A DNA stretch of 64,000 nucleotides from positions 1,120,001-1,184,000 of the forward strand of contig JAWLHY010000001.1 in the NCBI GenBank assembly GCA_041690135.1. Reading direction: 5' to 3'. Under the pieces are notes generated by a model. The model worked only from the letters and a program-made list of their open reading frames with translations. It ran no database searches and had not been told where the DNA came from. The stretch comes from Armatimonadota bacterium (GTDB taxonomy: Bacteria > Armatimonadota > SYMT01). Shown here piece after piece: positions 10,101 to 19,460 of this stretch. The position numbers and the translations under genes were made by a program. The first letter of the stretch is position 1; each line of letters begins with the position of its first letter.

Positions 10101-10569
10101 AGGCGCCGGGGAGTTCACGCTTCAACAAACCCTTCCGGAGGATGCCACGCTTTGTTTCGACAGCGTGCTGCCTTCGCGGACCTACACCTACCGTGTGACA
10201 GTGTTCAACAGCGCGGGCGAATCCCTTCCGGCAACCTCCTTGTCCATTACCACCCCTCAAGATGGGCGCCTCGTGGTGACTCCGAAGAAAGTCACCTTTC
10301 CGCGGACTCGCGTCGGACGGACGGTCCTGAAGACGATCACGCTGCGGAACACCGGACGCGGGCCACTGTGGGTGCGGTGGAGTCAGCTCGGTTCGCCCTT
10401 CGGACTGAGTCCACTGAACGAGAAGGGCGAGGTGTTCCTCGAACCCCGCAAGATATATAAATTAAACGTGTCATACACTCCTGGCTCCCCGGGTCCCGCA
10501 AACAGCCTACTCACCCTCGATACCGATCTCGGCGATGTTGTCGTACCGCTGAAAGGAAACGCTCGGTGA
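7186..10569 (+). CDS. Large secreted protein: SBBP beta-propeller repeats, three FN3 domains and a C-terminal ASH/Ig-like domain
   Basis: Hydrophobic signal region; LKYEFQVRPGADP N-terminal domain; seven (Y/S)(C/A)G(Y/F)xGG repeats; YTYRLRAVN/YRYRVSAYN/YTYRVTVFN FN3 motifs; ITLRNTG. Start at ATG 7186 is a choice (7222 possible). Confidence 0.85.
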   Translation: MSFSQPLVRPSRMVSIGLALLCLLALASFPRRSALASPKLASGLARVPLVFVERARGGSGEASFTTQYAGRAVGFTPLGLAIRLRAPNRGSQLRQVLRSSRDGRRGENRSERSSFRAGEEEERAENWIVALDFAGACRSVEPQGEDPVDTSFSFFTGERHQWETGLSGYRRIRYPSLWPGIDLVYQGVAGKLKYEFQVRPGADPSAIRMKVRGATHVTVSDDGSLRWETPVGILGDDSPFTYQGTGGQQREIDSAHQILNRFGNGDVEIGFRIGRYDPTQLLTIDPALLFYCGYVGGSGEDYIHGITVDGAGNAYVAGSTTSSAFSLPVTVGPDTTQNGFDDGFVAKVRADGLGFSYCGYIGGAGSDDAQDVAVDSAGNAYVVGRSSGELSTTVGPDLTYNGGYFDTWVAKVGAGGNSLLYCGYIGGSDSEYGLGIDVDDQGRAYVVGETYSTAPSFPALVGPDLQENGESDAFVARVRADGSGLEYAGFIGGTSVEAAYDVVVDGYYHAYLCGATFSPSSSFPVVVGPLLTERAGSEGFVAKVDPTGSDLIYCGYIGGYGFDEANSLAVDDSGVAYVCGTSSSDFGFPLAVGPDLTHNGQGDAFLAQVRPDGLGFLSCGYLGGSDYDLAQGIAVGTDGAIYLTGSTDSASDTFPVVGGPDLTHNGGPDAFVVKLRPGSLVRDYCGYLGGAGVDVGRSIAVDPRGSVYVAGYTTSPAAEFPVKAGPDLTHGGGPMFVPYDGFVACVQVPPTLAPELSVTALPSGRAYLAWTHSNPNISGFEIERRIDGGAFQPRAGVAASESTLEDSGLLVGSFYTYRLRAVNGVGATPYSNEVRVQALPGKPAAPSGLEAHYVEGPAIVLSWNDNSSDELGFRVERAVGSGGFVEHHLTVANFSSFADLNIQAGATYRYRVSAYNDAGDSATVESSEVTVPIEVPDPPKSLIAAPFGSRTIRLLWSEHSSDEAGFRLYRKEGAGEFTLQQTLPEDATLCFDSVLPSRTYTYRVTVFNSAGESLPATSLSITTPQDGRLVVTPKKVTFPRTRVGRTVLKTITLRNTGRGPLWVRWSQLGSPFGLSPLNEKGEVFLEPRKIYKLNVSYTPGSPGPANSLLTLDTDLGDVVVPLKGNAR

Positions 10570-10797
10570 GAGATCAGCAGCCAGGATGGACCGTGTTGGC
10601 GCTCCTTATGGTGTGCAAGAAATCGAGCGCACACCTCGTTTTCACTGTGTAGTGCCTCGATAGCGTCCTTTTTCCATCCCGACCGTGCTCAATGCCGGCC
10701 AGTGCTGTGGAAGAGAGACAGGCGGGAGGCACCCGTGTGCCGCTTTGTCCTGGCAACATCGTGCAGGCCGGTTGCCTGCAACCCGAGGACCATCGAC

Positions 10798-11952
10798 ATG
10801 TGTTCGTTCCCAAGAGGGGTTGCTCTCCTCACGCTAGCCCTCGCGCTGGTCTTCCCGCTCCTTGCTTCCGGGGTCCTTGCCGCTGGACCCACGCCAAAGC
10901 ATGCCGCGGCATTTTCCCGCCTGAAGGGGGAACTGGACGCGGTTGAACAGGCGGGTGCGACGCTCGATCCGGATGCGTACCAGCATAGGCGAGCGGCGAT
11001 TGCGGCTAAGGCAGTGCAGTTGGTGAGAACCGATCCTGCCACCCCGGATGCCGCAGAGGTGCTGCAATGGGTCCTGCAGTATCACTGGGCGTCGGACGCG
11101 GCAGTCGAAGCAGCCGCATGGGTGGCCAAACACCACATTAACTCGGCTCTTTCCCCCGGCTTGACAGCACGGCCGACAGCCTGGACAGGTCCACTGCTGC
11201 AGAAGGCCGTGGACGCCAAACTGCCGCCGATGGATCGAGCGAAGGCGCACTTACTGGCGGCCATGCACCGGCAAGCCACGCTGGATGTATGGGACGCAGT
11301 GCAAGGAGCAACGGCGGATGCGCTCGTCTTGCTCAAGCGAGAGCACGGCGGGCGGTTCGTCGACCAGTTGCGCTCCGCCAACGGAGCGGCTCTCGAAACC
11401 GGGGCCATTCAGGCATTCAAAGAAGCCGCCCGCCAGCATGGCCACGTCAACCTGGGCGGAATGAAGGTGGAGAAGCACGCCGAGGCGGCCCTCTTTGCGA
11501 TCCAGCACTTGCGGCTGGGAAGGACTGCTCCCGAAATTCAGGGCGAGAGTATCGACGGGACCGAACTCAAGCTGAGCAGCTACCGGTCCAAAGTCGTTCT
11601 CTTGAGTTTTTGGGCCACCTGGTGCTCTCCCTGCGTGAGCGACCTGCGAGAAGAGCGGCGACTGGTAGACGAAATGCGAGGTCGGCCGTTCGCGCTGATT
11701 GGCGTCAATCTCGACTCCCGTCGTGACAGGCTCCCCGCGTTCCTCAAGGAACACGGAGTCTCCTGGCCGTCGTTCTGGGACGGAAAGCAACACGCGATCA
11801 GCAACAGGTGGCAGGCTCGGCAGCTTCCCACAATCTATGTCATCGACCACAAACAGACTATCCGCGGTAAGGCCATCTCATTACCCGAAGCGGAGCGGAT
11901 GGTCCATCGCCTGGTGAGAGAGGCGGAGGGCGCAGTGACAGGTCGGGAATGA
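10798..11952 (+). CDS. Exported TlpA/ResA-like thioredoxin-fold protein
   Basis: Signal peptide, APEIQGESIDG, FWATWCSPC (CxxC), LPTIYVID; start estimated. Confidence 0.85.
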   Translation: MCSFPRGVALLTLALALVFPLLASGVLAAGPTPKHAAAFSRLKGELDAVEQAGATLDPDAYQHRRAAIAAKAVQLVRTDPATPDAAEVLQWVLQYHWASDAAVEAAAWVAKHHINSALSPGLTARPTAWTGPLLQKAVDAKLPPMDRAKAHLLAAMHRQATLDVWDAVQGATADALVLLKREHGGRFVDQLRSANGAALETGAIQAFKEAARQHGHVNLGGMKVEKHAEAALFAIQHLRLGRTAPEIQGESIDGTELKLSSYRSKVVLLSFWATWCSPCVSDLREERRLVDEMRGRPFALIGVNLDSRRDRLPAFLKEHGVSWPSFWDGKQHAISNRWQARQLPTIYVIDHKQTIRGKAISLPEAERMVHRLVREAEGAVTGRE

Positions 11953-12229
11953 TGCTTTCCACCCGGACGGCACGCCGGTGCTGTTGCCCGATAGGGAGAC
12001 GGTGGTGAACATCATTGCCCACCACCACACCTCAAGAAGAGATCTCGCCTGTCTCGATTCAGGGGCGCATTTCAGCCGAGGGTACAAGGGGGCGGCTGAA
12101 TCTTTGTTCACCTGGCAGGAAGACGATAGCCTGATAGCGAACAAGTTGGTGATTGCGTCACAACACCGCAATCTTTTATCTCACCGCCCGGCAGGGAGCC
12201 GGGCGGTTACTGTTCTCTTAGAGGCTATC

Positions 12230-15200
12230 ATGCGTCTTTCATCTGCTTTACGCAGAGCCGCCGCCCCGGCTGTGTTGGCGGTGTTGGCTCTGCTCTTAGT
12301 GCTTAGTAACGCATCTGCCGAGACACTCGGCACCTTTCGGGTCAGCAACAATATCGCCAGGGATGTCATGGGGACCTATGCACTTCAGGTCGCGGTAAGT
12401 GCTGATGGGAATACGGTAGCTTACAGCTCTCCCCACCCGAGCCTTGTCCCTGCAGACAACACCGGGTATTACGACATCTTCGTATGGAATCGGGGCACCG
12501 GCGTAACGGAGCTCGTCAGTGTAACCCCGGCTGGACAGGCGGGCAACGGATCCAGCGTGTCTCCGACTTTGAGTGCCGATGGCCGCTACGTGGGGTTTAT
12601 CTCGTATGCCAACGACCTGGTTACCGGTGACACGAACGAAGCGCCGGACATCTTCGTGCGTGACCGGCTGAGAGGTGTCACCGAAAGGATCGAAGCGACC
12701 TTGGGTGATGCGGTGAGCCTCTTCCAAGGTGTTGCCCAGATGAGCGACGACGGACGGTATGTGGTGTTCCACTCCATTGCGTCCAACCTGGTGCCGAGTG
12801 ACGCGAATGGGGTTGAGGATGTCTTCGTTTTTGACAGGCAGCTTCACACCATGGAGCGCGTAAGCGTGAGTGAGGCGGGAGTCGAGGGTAACAGCGGAAG
12901 CTTTTGGCCGAGTATCTCCGCCGATGGGAGGCTTGTTGCATTCACATCTGCGGCCTCCAACCTGGTAGCGAATGACACCAATGATGTCAGCGATGTCTTT
13001 GTCCACGATCGTCAGGTGGGTACAACGTGGAGGTGTAGTGTCAAGGGCATAAACGAGCAGCTTGAGGGTTACTCCTTCAGGCCGGAAATCAGTGCGAATG
13101 GGGAGTTCGTCGCCTTCCTTTCAAGTGCGCCGGGAATCGTTCCAGTCGACAACAACGGGACCACCGACGTTTTCGTTCGTGATCTGATTCGTGGAGTGAC
13201 TGAGCTCGTAAGTGTCAACATTTACGGTGAGACCGGTCCTGGCACGCCGACCAATGAGCACGTCGACATCAGCGCAGATGGTCGCTTCGTGGTCTTCCAT
13301 TCGGGAGCCAGCGATCTAGACTTCTCATTCCCGCCGGGTAGTGGGCGAGGCGTTTTTGTCCGTGATCGTCAGCTGAATACCACCGGAAAGGTGAATGTGC
13401 AGGTAACGCCTAAACAATTCACGACCGGAGCATTTAGCCCCCGGATCAGCGCGAATGGGCAGTGGGTTGTGTTCTGCTCCCCAGATAAACTACTTGTTCC
13501 GGACGATACGGACGAGATGTACGATGCCTTCATCGTCCATCGCAGCCCGTCCAGTTGGAATCTACCTCCCGTCGCCTTTGCGGGTCCGGATCGCCAGATC
13601 GCGCTCCCTCATGACGGCTCTCCCGCATCTGGAGCCGCCCGAGTCGTGTTCGACGGACGGAACTCGAACGACCCGGACGGCACGATCATCTCGTACCAAT
13701 GGTACATTCCGGCACGGGGCGTTTGGGGCACCGGTCCGCGGTTCGAGCAGGATTTCGATCGCGGAACACACCAGGTGATTCTCAAAGTGTTCGACCTTTA
13801 CGGGGCCAGCGATGAGGACGTGATCACCGTGACAGTTGCCGCCGAGCCCAACCTCCCCCCCACAGCTCATGCGGGAGCCGGACAACAGGTCGTCGTTCCG
13901 CACGACGGGGATCCGGGCACGAATACGGTGACGGTCAGCCTGAATGGCAGTTATTCCAGCGACCCCGAGGGCGATGCCCTCGCTTTTCAGTGGCGGGATG
14001 CGCTGGGTGCGCTTTTGTCCGAGGCCGCCTCACTGACACGGACGGTCCCTCCGGGAAAGCACACGTTCCGTCTTCGGGTGACCGACCTGTATGGCGCCTA
14101 CGACGAGGAGAGCGTGAGCGTCCACGTCCTGCCTGAGCCGAATCAGGCGCCCGTGGCCGATGCCGGACCCGACCAACTGGTCCGGGTGTCCCGGGAAACC
14201 GGTGTCGCAGGCGTGGTGCGGGTGCAACTGGATGCTTCTCGTTCCTTCGATCCGGACGGTGACCTCCTCGGGTTCTCCTGGATGGACACTTCCGGAACCG
14301 TTCAGGCGGATACTGCTTCCTGGGAGGTGGATCTGGCCCCCGGCAAGCACAGCTTCCTGGTGCAGGTAACCGATCTCTATGGCGCCGTGGATCAGAGCCG
14401 GGTTACCGTGCTGGTGGCTCCGGCCCGTAATCGTCCGCCCGTAGCTCGCGCGGGGAACGATCAGGATCTTCGTCTGGCTCCGGATGCAACTCCGGAAACG
14501 GGAACGGTCGAGGCCACACTGGACGCCGGGCGCTCGCACGATCCGGACGGGGATCTGCTGGCCTACGAGTGGAGGGACGGTAATGACGCCGTGGTGGGCG
14601 CTGGGACCACTCTGACGTCCAACCTTTCGGCGGGTGTCCACACGTTCTTCCTTACGGTCACCGACCCCTTCGGCGCCACCGGTCAGGATAGGGTCACCGT
14701 GCGGGTACTGCCCGCCAGGAACCGCACGCCCATTGCCCGCGCGGGTGAAGACGTGGCCGTGGCGGAGGGGACCGGCAAAACCACCGGTGTCGCGCTGAAT
14801 GGAACGGCCTCTTCGGACCCGGATGGACACGCGTTGACCTACGAGTGGTCGGTGCTGGAACGTCCGGTCGGCACCGGTCCGGAGCCGACTGTGGATCTGG
14901 AGCCCGGTCGCCACAAAGTCAAGCTCACGGTGACGGACCCCTGGGGCGCCACGGCCACGGACATCGTTTATGTTACGGTGGGTGTGGTCGATGTCACGGG
15001 AGAGGTGCAGATTCGCCGTGGCCGGCTGACCAGGGTGTCCGGTCGCGGGGCATACACGCTCGTTGTTCGGGTCGCAAACCGCACCGCGGGAGTATTGCCC
15101 GGCCCGGTTTCCCTGGTGGTGGACGGCCTCCCCAACACCGTGAAGGTGACCAACGCCGAAGGCCTGACCAGCGAAGCCACCGGGAAGGTGGGAAGCCCCT

Positions 15201-15331
15201 ATGTGACGGAGCGGAAGGACGGGTTGGCGCCCGGCCCATACCAGGCGGTGACCCTGCACCTGAACGTCCGGGGTAAGCCTAACGGCCTTCCCGGAAGCTT
15301 GCGGGTGTTGGCCGGGATTGGGCCGAGGTAA
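12230..15331 (+). CDS. Secreted TolB-like (PD40) beta-propeller protein with five PKD-like domains
   Basis: Signal peptide MRLSSALRR...ASA; repeated ISADGRxVxFxSxASNLVxxDTN; five PxAxAGxDQ...SxDPDG units. Confidence 0.87.
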   Translation: MRLSSALRRAAAPAVLAVLALLLVLSNASAETLGTFRVSNNIARDVMGTYALQVAVSADGNTVAYSSPHPSLVPADNTGYYDIFVWNRGTGVTELVSVTPAGQAGNGSSVSPTLSADGRYVGFISYANDLVTGDTNEAPDIFVRDRLRGVTERIEATLGDAVSLFQGVAQMSDDGRYVVFHSIASNLVPSDANGVEDVFVFDRQLHTMERVSVSEAGVEGNSGSFWPSISADGRLVAFTSAASNLVANDTNDVSDVFVHDRQVGTTWRCSVKGINEQLEGYSFRPEISANGEFVAFLSSAPGIVPVDNNGTTDVFVRDLIRGVTELVSVNIYGETGPGTPTNEHVDISADGRFVVFHSGASDLDFSFPPGSGRGVFVRDRQLNTTGKVNVQVTPKQFTTGAFSPRISANGQWVVFCSPDKLLVPDDTDEMYDAFIVHRSPSSWNLPPVAFAGPDRQIALPHDGSPASGAARVVFDGRNSNDPDGTIISYQWYIPARGVWGTGPRFEQDFDRGTHQVILKVFDLYGASDEDVITVTVAAEPNLPPTAHAGAGQQVVVPHDGDPGTNTVTVSLNGSYSSDPEGDALAFQWRDALGALLSEAASLTRTVPPGKHTFRLRVTDLYGAYDEESVSVHVLPEPNQAPVADAGPDQLVRVSRETGVAGVVRVQLDASRSFDPDGDLLGFSWMDTSGTVQADTASWEVDLAPGKHSFLVQVTDLYGAVDQSRVTVLVAPARNRPPVARAGNDQDLRLAPDATPETGTVEATLDAGRSHDPDGDLLAYEWRDGNDAVVGAGTTLTSNLSAGVHTFFLTVTDPFGATGQDRVTVRVLPARNRTPIARAGEDVAVAEGTGKTTGVALNGTASSDPDGHALTYEWSVLERPVGTGPEPTVDLEPGRHKVKLTVTDPWGATATDIVYVTVGVVDVTGEVQIRRGRLTRVSGRGAYTLVVRVANRTAGVLPGPVSLVVDGLPNTVKVTNAEGLTSEATGKVGSPYVTERKDGLAPGPYQAVTLHLNVRGKPNGLPGSLRVLAGIGPR

Positions 15332-15532
15332 GAGCCTACAGGTAACCCAAAGGGTCAATGTTCCCATGAGGAACGGCCGGATAGGATCACCTTTCCGGCC
15401 GTTTCGCTCTGCTCTGCCTCCCCTTCTGTCTTCCCCCATCCCCACTAACTTCTCTCGACAGTCGGAGTGGGCGTCTGCGCGCCGGGGAAACATAGTGCAG
15501 CCGGCAAACCACGACTCGCCGGTGAGGGTGAG

Positions 15533-16240
15533 ATGAAATTACTGGCCATTAGCGATCTGCACGGAGACCTGGAATCCGCGTGGGAGGCGGTGCGCGCGGC
15601 GGACCCGGACGTGCTGCTCTGCTGCGGGGACTGGGGCGATCCGGAAGAGATCGACCCGGCGGACCTCGAAAAGTTCACGGAAGAACTGCCGGTCTACACC
15701 GTCTACGGGAACCACGACGACCTCCAGGCGCTGGGCGAGTGGCGGAACCGCGACGGCTCGCCGGTGCTGCTGCCCAACGGGGAGGCGGTGGCGGTCGGCC
15801 CGGTGGTCCTGGCGGGAATCAGCGGCATCTGGGCCAAGAGCCACCGCAAGCCGTTCTACATCACCGAGGAGGAAGTGGAGCAGGCGGCGCTGGAGGTGGC
15901 CGGCGCGGGGCGGCCGGTCGACATCCTGCTCACCCACGGGTGCCCGTCCGGCGTGGCCGATCTCACCTGGCAGAACCGCCACGGCGGTCAACGCTGCTTC
16001 CTTCACGCCTTCCAGACCCTCCGCCCGCGGGTCTATCTGACGGGACATCTCCACCGCGCCCAGGAGCACCGGACGCGCGACGGGGAGATCATCCGCAACG
16101 TGGGCCAGACCCCCCGGGGCGACGCTACGCTGATCACGGTGGAGGAAACGGGGATCTTCGTGGAGGGGTTCCGGTGGAATGAACCACGAAGGCACGAAGG
16201 ACACGAAGCTGGAATACGGGAAAGCAGCACAGGCTCGTGA
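15533..16240 (+). CDS. Metallophosphoesterase (calcineurin-like)
   Basis: ISDLHGD, CCGDW, YGNHD, LTHG, TGHLH motifs. Confidence 0.92.
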   Translation: MKLLAISDLHGDLESAWEAVRAADPDVLLCCGDWGDPEEIDPADLEKFTEELPVYTVYGNHDDLQALGEWRNRDGSPVLLPNGEAVAVGPVVLAGISGIWAKSHRKPFYITEEEVEQAALEVAGAGRPVDILLTHGCPSGVADLTWQNRHGGQRCFLHAFQTLRPRVYLTGHLHRAQEHRTRDGEIIRNVGQTPRGDATLITVEETGIFVEGFRWNEPRRHEGHEAGIRESSTGS

Positions 16241-16262
16241 ATACGGACGAGCCTGTGCTGCT
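16223..16262. terminator. Probable bidirectional terminator hairpin between convergent genes
   Basis: Perfect 16-bp inverted repeat AGCAGCACAGGCTCGT / ACGAGCCTGTGCTGCT. Confidence 0.6.
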
Positions 16263-16292
16263 GAATGCTGTTGACTGACTTCTGCCGACTGC

Positions 16293-16949
16293 CTACTGTT
16301 CAGTCTTCCGGCGGCGCTTGAGAATACCTATCGCAGCGAGAGCCGGCAGGAAGAGCAACGCGGAGCTGGGCTCGGGGACAGCGGATGGCGCTCTGTCCGC
16401 AGTAAACGAGATGTCGTCCAGTGCAAAATCATTACCGACAAATCCGAGCGATGAGTTGCGAAGCTCCAGCACGGCGGAGGTTGCGGCTCCCGAATTCCAC
16501 TGGCTTTGACCACTGGTCCATTCCCCGAGGTTGGTGGCTGTGAAATCTCCGATCTTGACAGAGTTTACATAGAAATCGATGGTGGAAGCGCCTCCGTGAG
16601 CCACCGCACCCCAACTCCGGAAGTTGTAAATGGTACCTGGGGTCAATCCCGTTACCGTTTGCCGCCAGATCGTTTGCGGCGTAGTTGCACCGTTTACAAT
16701 CATCATCAATCCAGATCCGGTGGTGTGGTCGCCAAAGCCGGCGAACGCACCGTGCCAAAGGCTCGGATTGGTTGTTATCCAGTAAGTAGCCGGGTCGGCG
16801 CTAGCTGTAGTATAGGTGTAATCGGACGTGAAACCGGTATTGCCCGATTCGAAGTTGCCGTTAACCACCGTTTGCGCCTCCGCGGGCCGTCCCCCACACG
16901 CTAGCCCCAGTGCCAGAGCCAGCACGCCCACCCACTCCCATCTTCGCAT
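16293..16949 (-). CDS. PEP-CTERM sorting-domain protein
   Basis: Signal peptide ending AEA, VVNGNFESG, DFALDDISF, C-terminal VPEPSS-TM-KRRRK. Confidence 0.9.
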   Translation of the reverse strand: MRRWEWVGVLALALGLACGGRPAEAQTVVNGNFESGNTGFTSDYTYTTASADPATYWITTNPSLWHGAFAGFGDHTTGSGLMMIVNGATTPQTIWRQTVTGLTPGTIYNFRSWGAVAHGGASTIDFYVNSVKIGDFTATNLGEWTSGQSQWNSGAATSAVLELRNSSLGFVGNDFALDDISFTADRAPSAVPEPSSALLFLPALAAIGILKRRRKTEQ

Positions 16950-17130
16950 TCGTTGACCCTCCAAGAACAAGCAGTCTTCCGACCAGAAGATTGTATCCCG
17001 ATCAGGGTATTTCCTTCCGGCGATCGCAACCATCTTTTCACCCACGCCGGATCAGGGAACTGCTAACCGGTTTGGCGACAGGCGAGAGGTTGGTATCCCC
17101 CAACGGGCGATATGCTTGAGGTGGGCATTA

Positions 17131-17299
17131 GGAGCGCGGACGTCCCGTCCGCCGGTGTTCGGGTGTTCAGGCCCCCCTGTGGGGGGTAAATGTTCGGGCC
17201 CCCCTGTGGGGCGTAAATGTTCGGGTGTTCGGGTGTTCGGGCACTTGGGGTACGGGTGTTCGGCAACTTTCCAACCTTCAACCTTCCAACCTTCCAACC
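17131..17299. repeat. Composite intergenic repeat (sister of 4660-4766) plus TTCCAACC/TTCAACC tandem
   Basis: GGAGCGCGGACGTCCCGTCCGCC at 17131-17153; two tandem 27-nt CCCCCCTGTGGGGSGTAAATGTTCGGG units at 17172-17225; GGGTGTTC 8-mers; 7/8-mer tandem at 17269-17299. Confidence 0.8.
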
Positions 17300-17338
17300 C
17301 AGATCCCGCTACCGGGAAACGGAACCAGTAACTGAATT

Positions 17339-18193
17339 ATGAAGGGTATTATTCTTACCGCGGGTTACGGTACCCGCTTCCTCCCCATCACGAAGACGGT
17401 TCCGAAGGAGATGCTGCCACTGGGCTCGCGCCCGGCCCTGGACTACGTGGTCCAGGAGTTCATCGACTCCGGCATCCGCGACATCCTGATCATCAACTCG
17501 CGTCGGAAGAAGATCCTGGAGGATTACTACGACCGCGAACCGGAGCTGGAAGCCGTGTTCACGGCGGAAGGCAAGGCGGCCAACCTGCGCAAGATCCAGC
17601 CGCCGGACGCGCAGCTTTACTTCGTCCGGCAGCAGAAGATGGAAGGGACCGGGGCCGCGGTGCTGCTGGCGAAGGAGTTCGCCGGGCAGGATGCGTGCGT
17701 GCTGGCCTTTCCGGACGACCTCCACTTCGGCGAAGTCCCGCTGGCGCGGCAGTTGGTCGAGACCCATGAAGCCTCGGGGCACTCGGTCCTGGCGCTGGAA
17801 GCCCGGCCGGAGAGCGAGGACATCTCCCGGTACGGCGTGGCGGCCGTGGAAGCCGGTGCTTCTCCTCTGAAGGTGACGGGGTTGATCGAAAAGCCGCCGA
17901 CCGGCCAGGAACCTTCCCGCTACATCTCTATCGGCCGGTATCTCATTACCCCGGAGGTCTTCCAGGTGCTGGAAGACGAGCGGCGCTCGCACAGCGGTGG
18001 AGAATTCTACCTTACGGCGGCATTCCACCGCCTGGGGCAGCAGGGGAAGCTGAGCGGCTGTGCCTACACGGGCGAGCGCCTCGATACGGGCGAGCCCCTG
18101 GGCTACTACGAGGCGCTGGTCCGGTTCATGCTCAAGGACCCGGACCAGGGGCCTCAGTTCAGGGAACTGCTGCAGGGGCTGCTGGCGGAGTAG
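17339..18193 (+). CDS. galU: UTP--glucose-1-phosphate uridylyltransferase
   Basis: AGYGTRFLPITKTVPKEMLP, FVRQ, IEKP, GEFYLT, RLDTG. Confidence 0.9.
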   Translation: MKGIILTAGYGTRFLPITKTVPKEMLPLGSRPALDYVVQEFIDSGIRDILIINSRRKKILEDYYDREPELEAVFTAEGKAANLRKIQPPDAQLYFVRQQKMEGTGAAVLLAKEFAGQDACVLAFPDDLHFGEVPLARQLVETHEASGHSVLALEARPESEDISRYGVAAVEAGASPLKVTGLIEKPPTGQEPSRYISIGRYLITPEVFQVLEDERRSHSGGEFYLTAAFHRLGQQGKLSGCAYTGERLDTGEPLGYYEALVRFMLKDPDQGPQFRELLQGLLAE

Positions 18194-19460
18194 TCTGCCG
18201 GGGTTCCGGTAGTCGCGCCAAAAGTACTGCCAAGCAGAGGACCGCGCCCGCGGCGGCGGCGAGGAACAGGGGGGTGTAGCCCATCCAGTTCAGCGCCGCC
18301 CCGCCGGCCAGGGGCAGCAGCACGCGGAACGGTCCCGACAGGGCGTTGAACACCGCGGTGTAGGTCCCGCTCCGCTCCGGAGGGCAGAGCTCCAAAACGT
18401 AGTTCATGGAGCAGACGCTCCACCCCTGGACCGCCAGCTCGTTGAACGCGAAGACGAGGTAGAGCCAGTCCAGGCCCGGCGCTACGGCTGCTGCTCCGGC
18501 CGCGATCAGGCCTCCCACGGTCGCAACCTGCATCGCCAGCCGGTTGCCCCAGCGGTCGCCCATCCAGCCGACGAGCAAAAAAGCCAGCATCTTGGACCCG
18601 GAGACGACGGCCGTGAACCAGGCCACGTCTGTGGGCGTGGCCCGGAACCGGTCCAGCGCGAAGGCCGTGTAGAAAGCGCCGGCCATCTGGTTCAGGCTGA
18701 TCAGGGCGATCGCTACTCCGAGCCAGAACAGGCGACGATCTTCCCAGATCAGGCGGAGAGAATGCCACCCCGGCCGGGGATCCGGCGCATCCGTGGCCCG
18801 CTGGACCGGCTCCCGCATCAGGCCCAGGGGGATCACCGTCACCGTCTGGATCAGGCTGGCCGCCAGGAAGCAGGCCGCGAAACCGCGCGGGAACCCCCAG
18901 CTTCCCAGAAGCCACCCCGCCAGCGCGGCGCCCGCGATACCTATCAGCCCGGAAGCGGCGCCGCCGATTCCATAGAGACGCCCCCGGAGGGATGAGGGGA
19001 TGGTTTTGGCGATCAGCTTGAAGTAGCCGGGCATGTTGGCGCCCATCGCCGCGTTCATCACGAACCAGCAGAGGAAGAATGCCCAGAGCAGCCCGGTACG
19101 ACTCTGCGAGCCCAGCCAGAGGGTGAGTGGGGCCAGGGCAAAAAGGGCGACCCGCTCCAACGCCGCGATCCACATCACGGAGTGCTTCACGCGGGGAAGA
19201 CGCTCCAGCCAGCCCGAAACCAGGATGCCGGGCACGAGCCAACCAAAGAGCATGGTCGCCTGGATCAGCCCGATGGCGAATTTCTGGTCGGTCAACTGCT
19301 GGACGAAGAGGGGTAGGATGGTCGTGGCGGAGACCATCGCCATGCCGACGCCCCAGCCCCCGGCATCGATGACACCGGCGCAGAAATTCCAGCGGAGGTC
19401 ACGGGTTATCTGGTCGCCCGTCCCTGGCTCCGCGCCCTGCGACGCCCGGTTCTCGATCAT
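18159..19460 (-). CDS. MFS transporter
   Basis: About 12 hydrophobic segments; GWMGDRWGNR MFS loop motif. Confidence 0.88.
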   Translation of the reverse strand: MIENRASQGAEPGTGDQITRDLRWNFCAGVIDAGGWGVGMAMVSATTILPLFVQQLTDQKFAIGLIQATMLFGWLVPGILVSGWLERLPRVKHSVMWIAALERVALFALAPLTLWLGSQSRTGLLWAFFLCWFVMNAAMGANMPGYFKLIAKTIPSSLRGRLYGIGGAASGLIGIAGAALAGWLLGSWGFPRGFAACFLAASLIQTVTVIPLGLMREPVQRATDAPDPRPGWHSLRLIWEDRRLFWLGVAIALISLNQMAGAFYTAFALDRFRATPTDVAWFTAVVSGSKMLAFLLVGWMGDRWGNRLAMQVATVGGLIAAGAAAVAPGLDWLYLVFAFNELAVQGWSVCSMNYVLELCPPERSGTYTAVFNALSGPFRVLLPLAGGAALNWMGYTPLFLAAAAGAVLCLAVLLARLPEPRQTTPPAAPAAVP

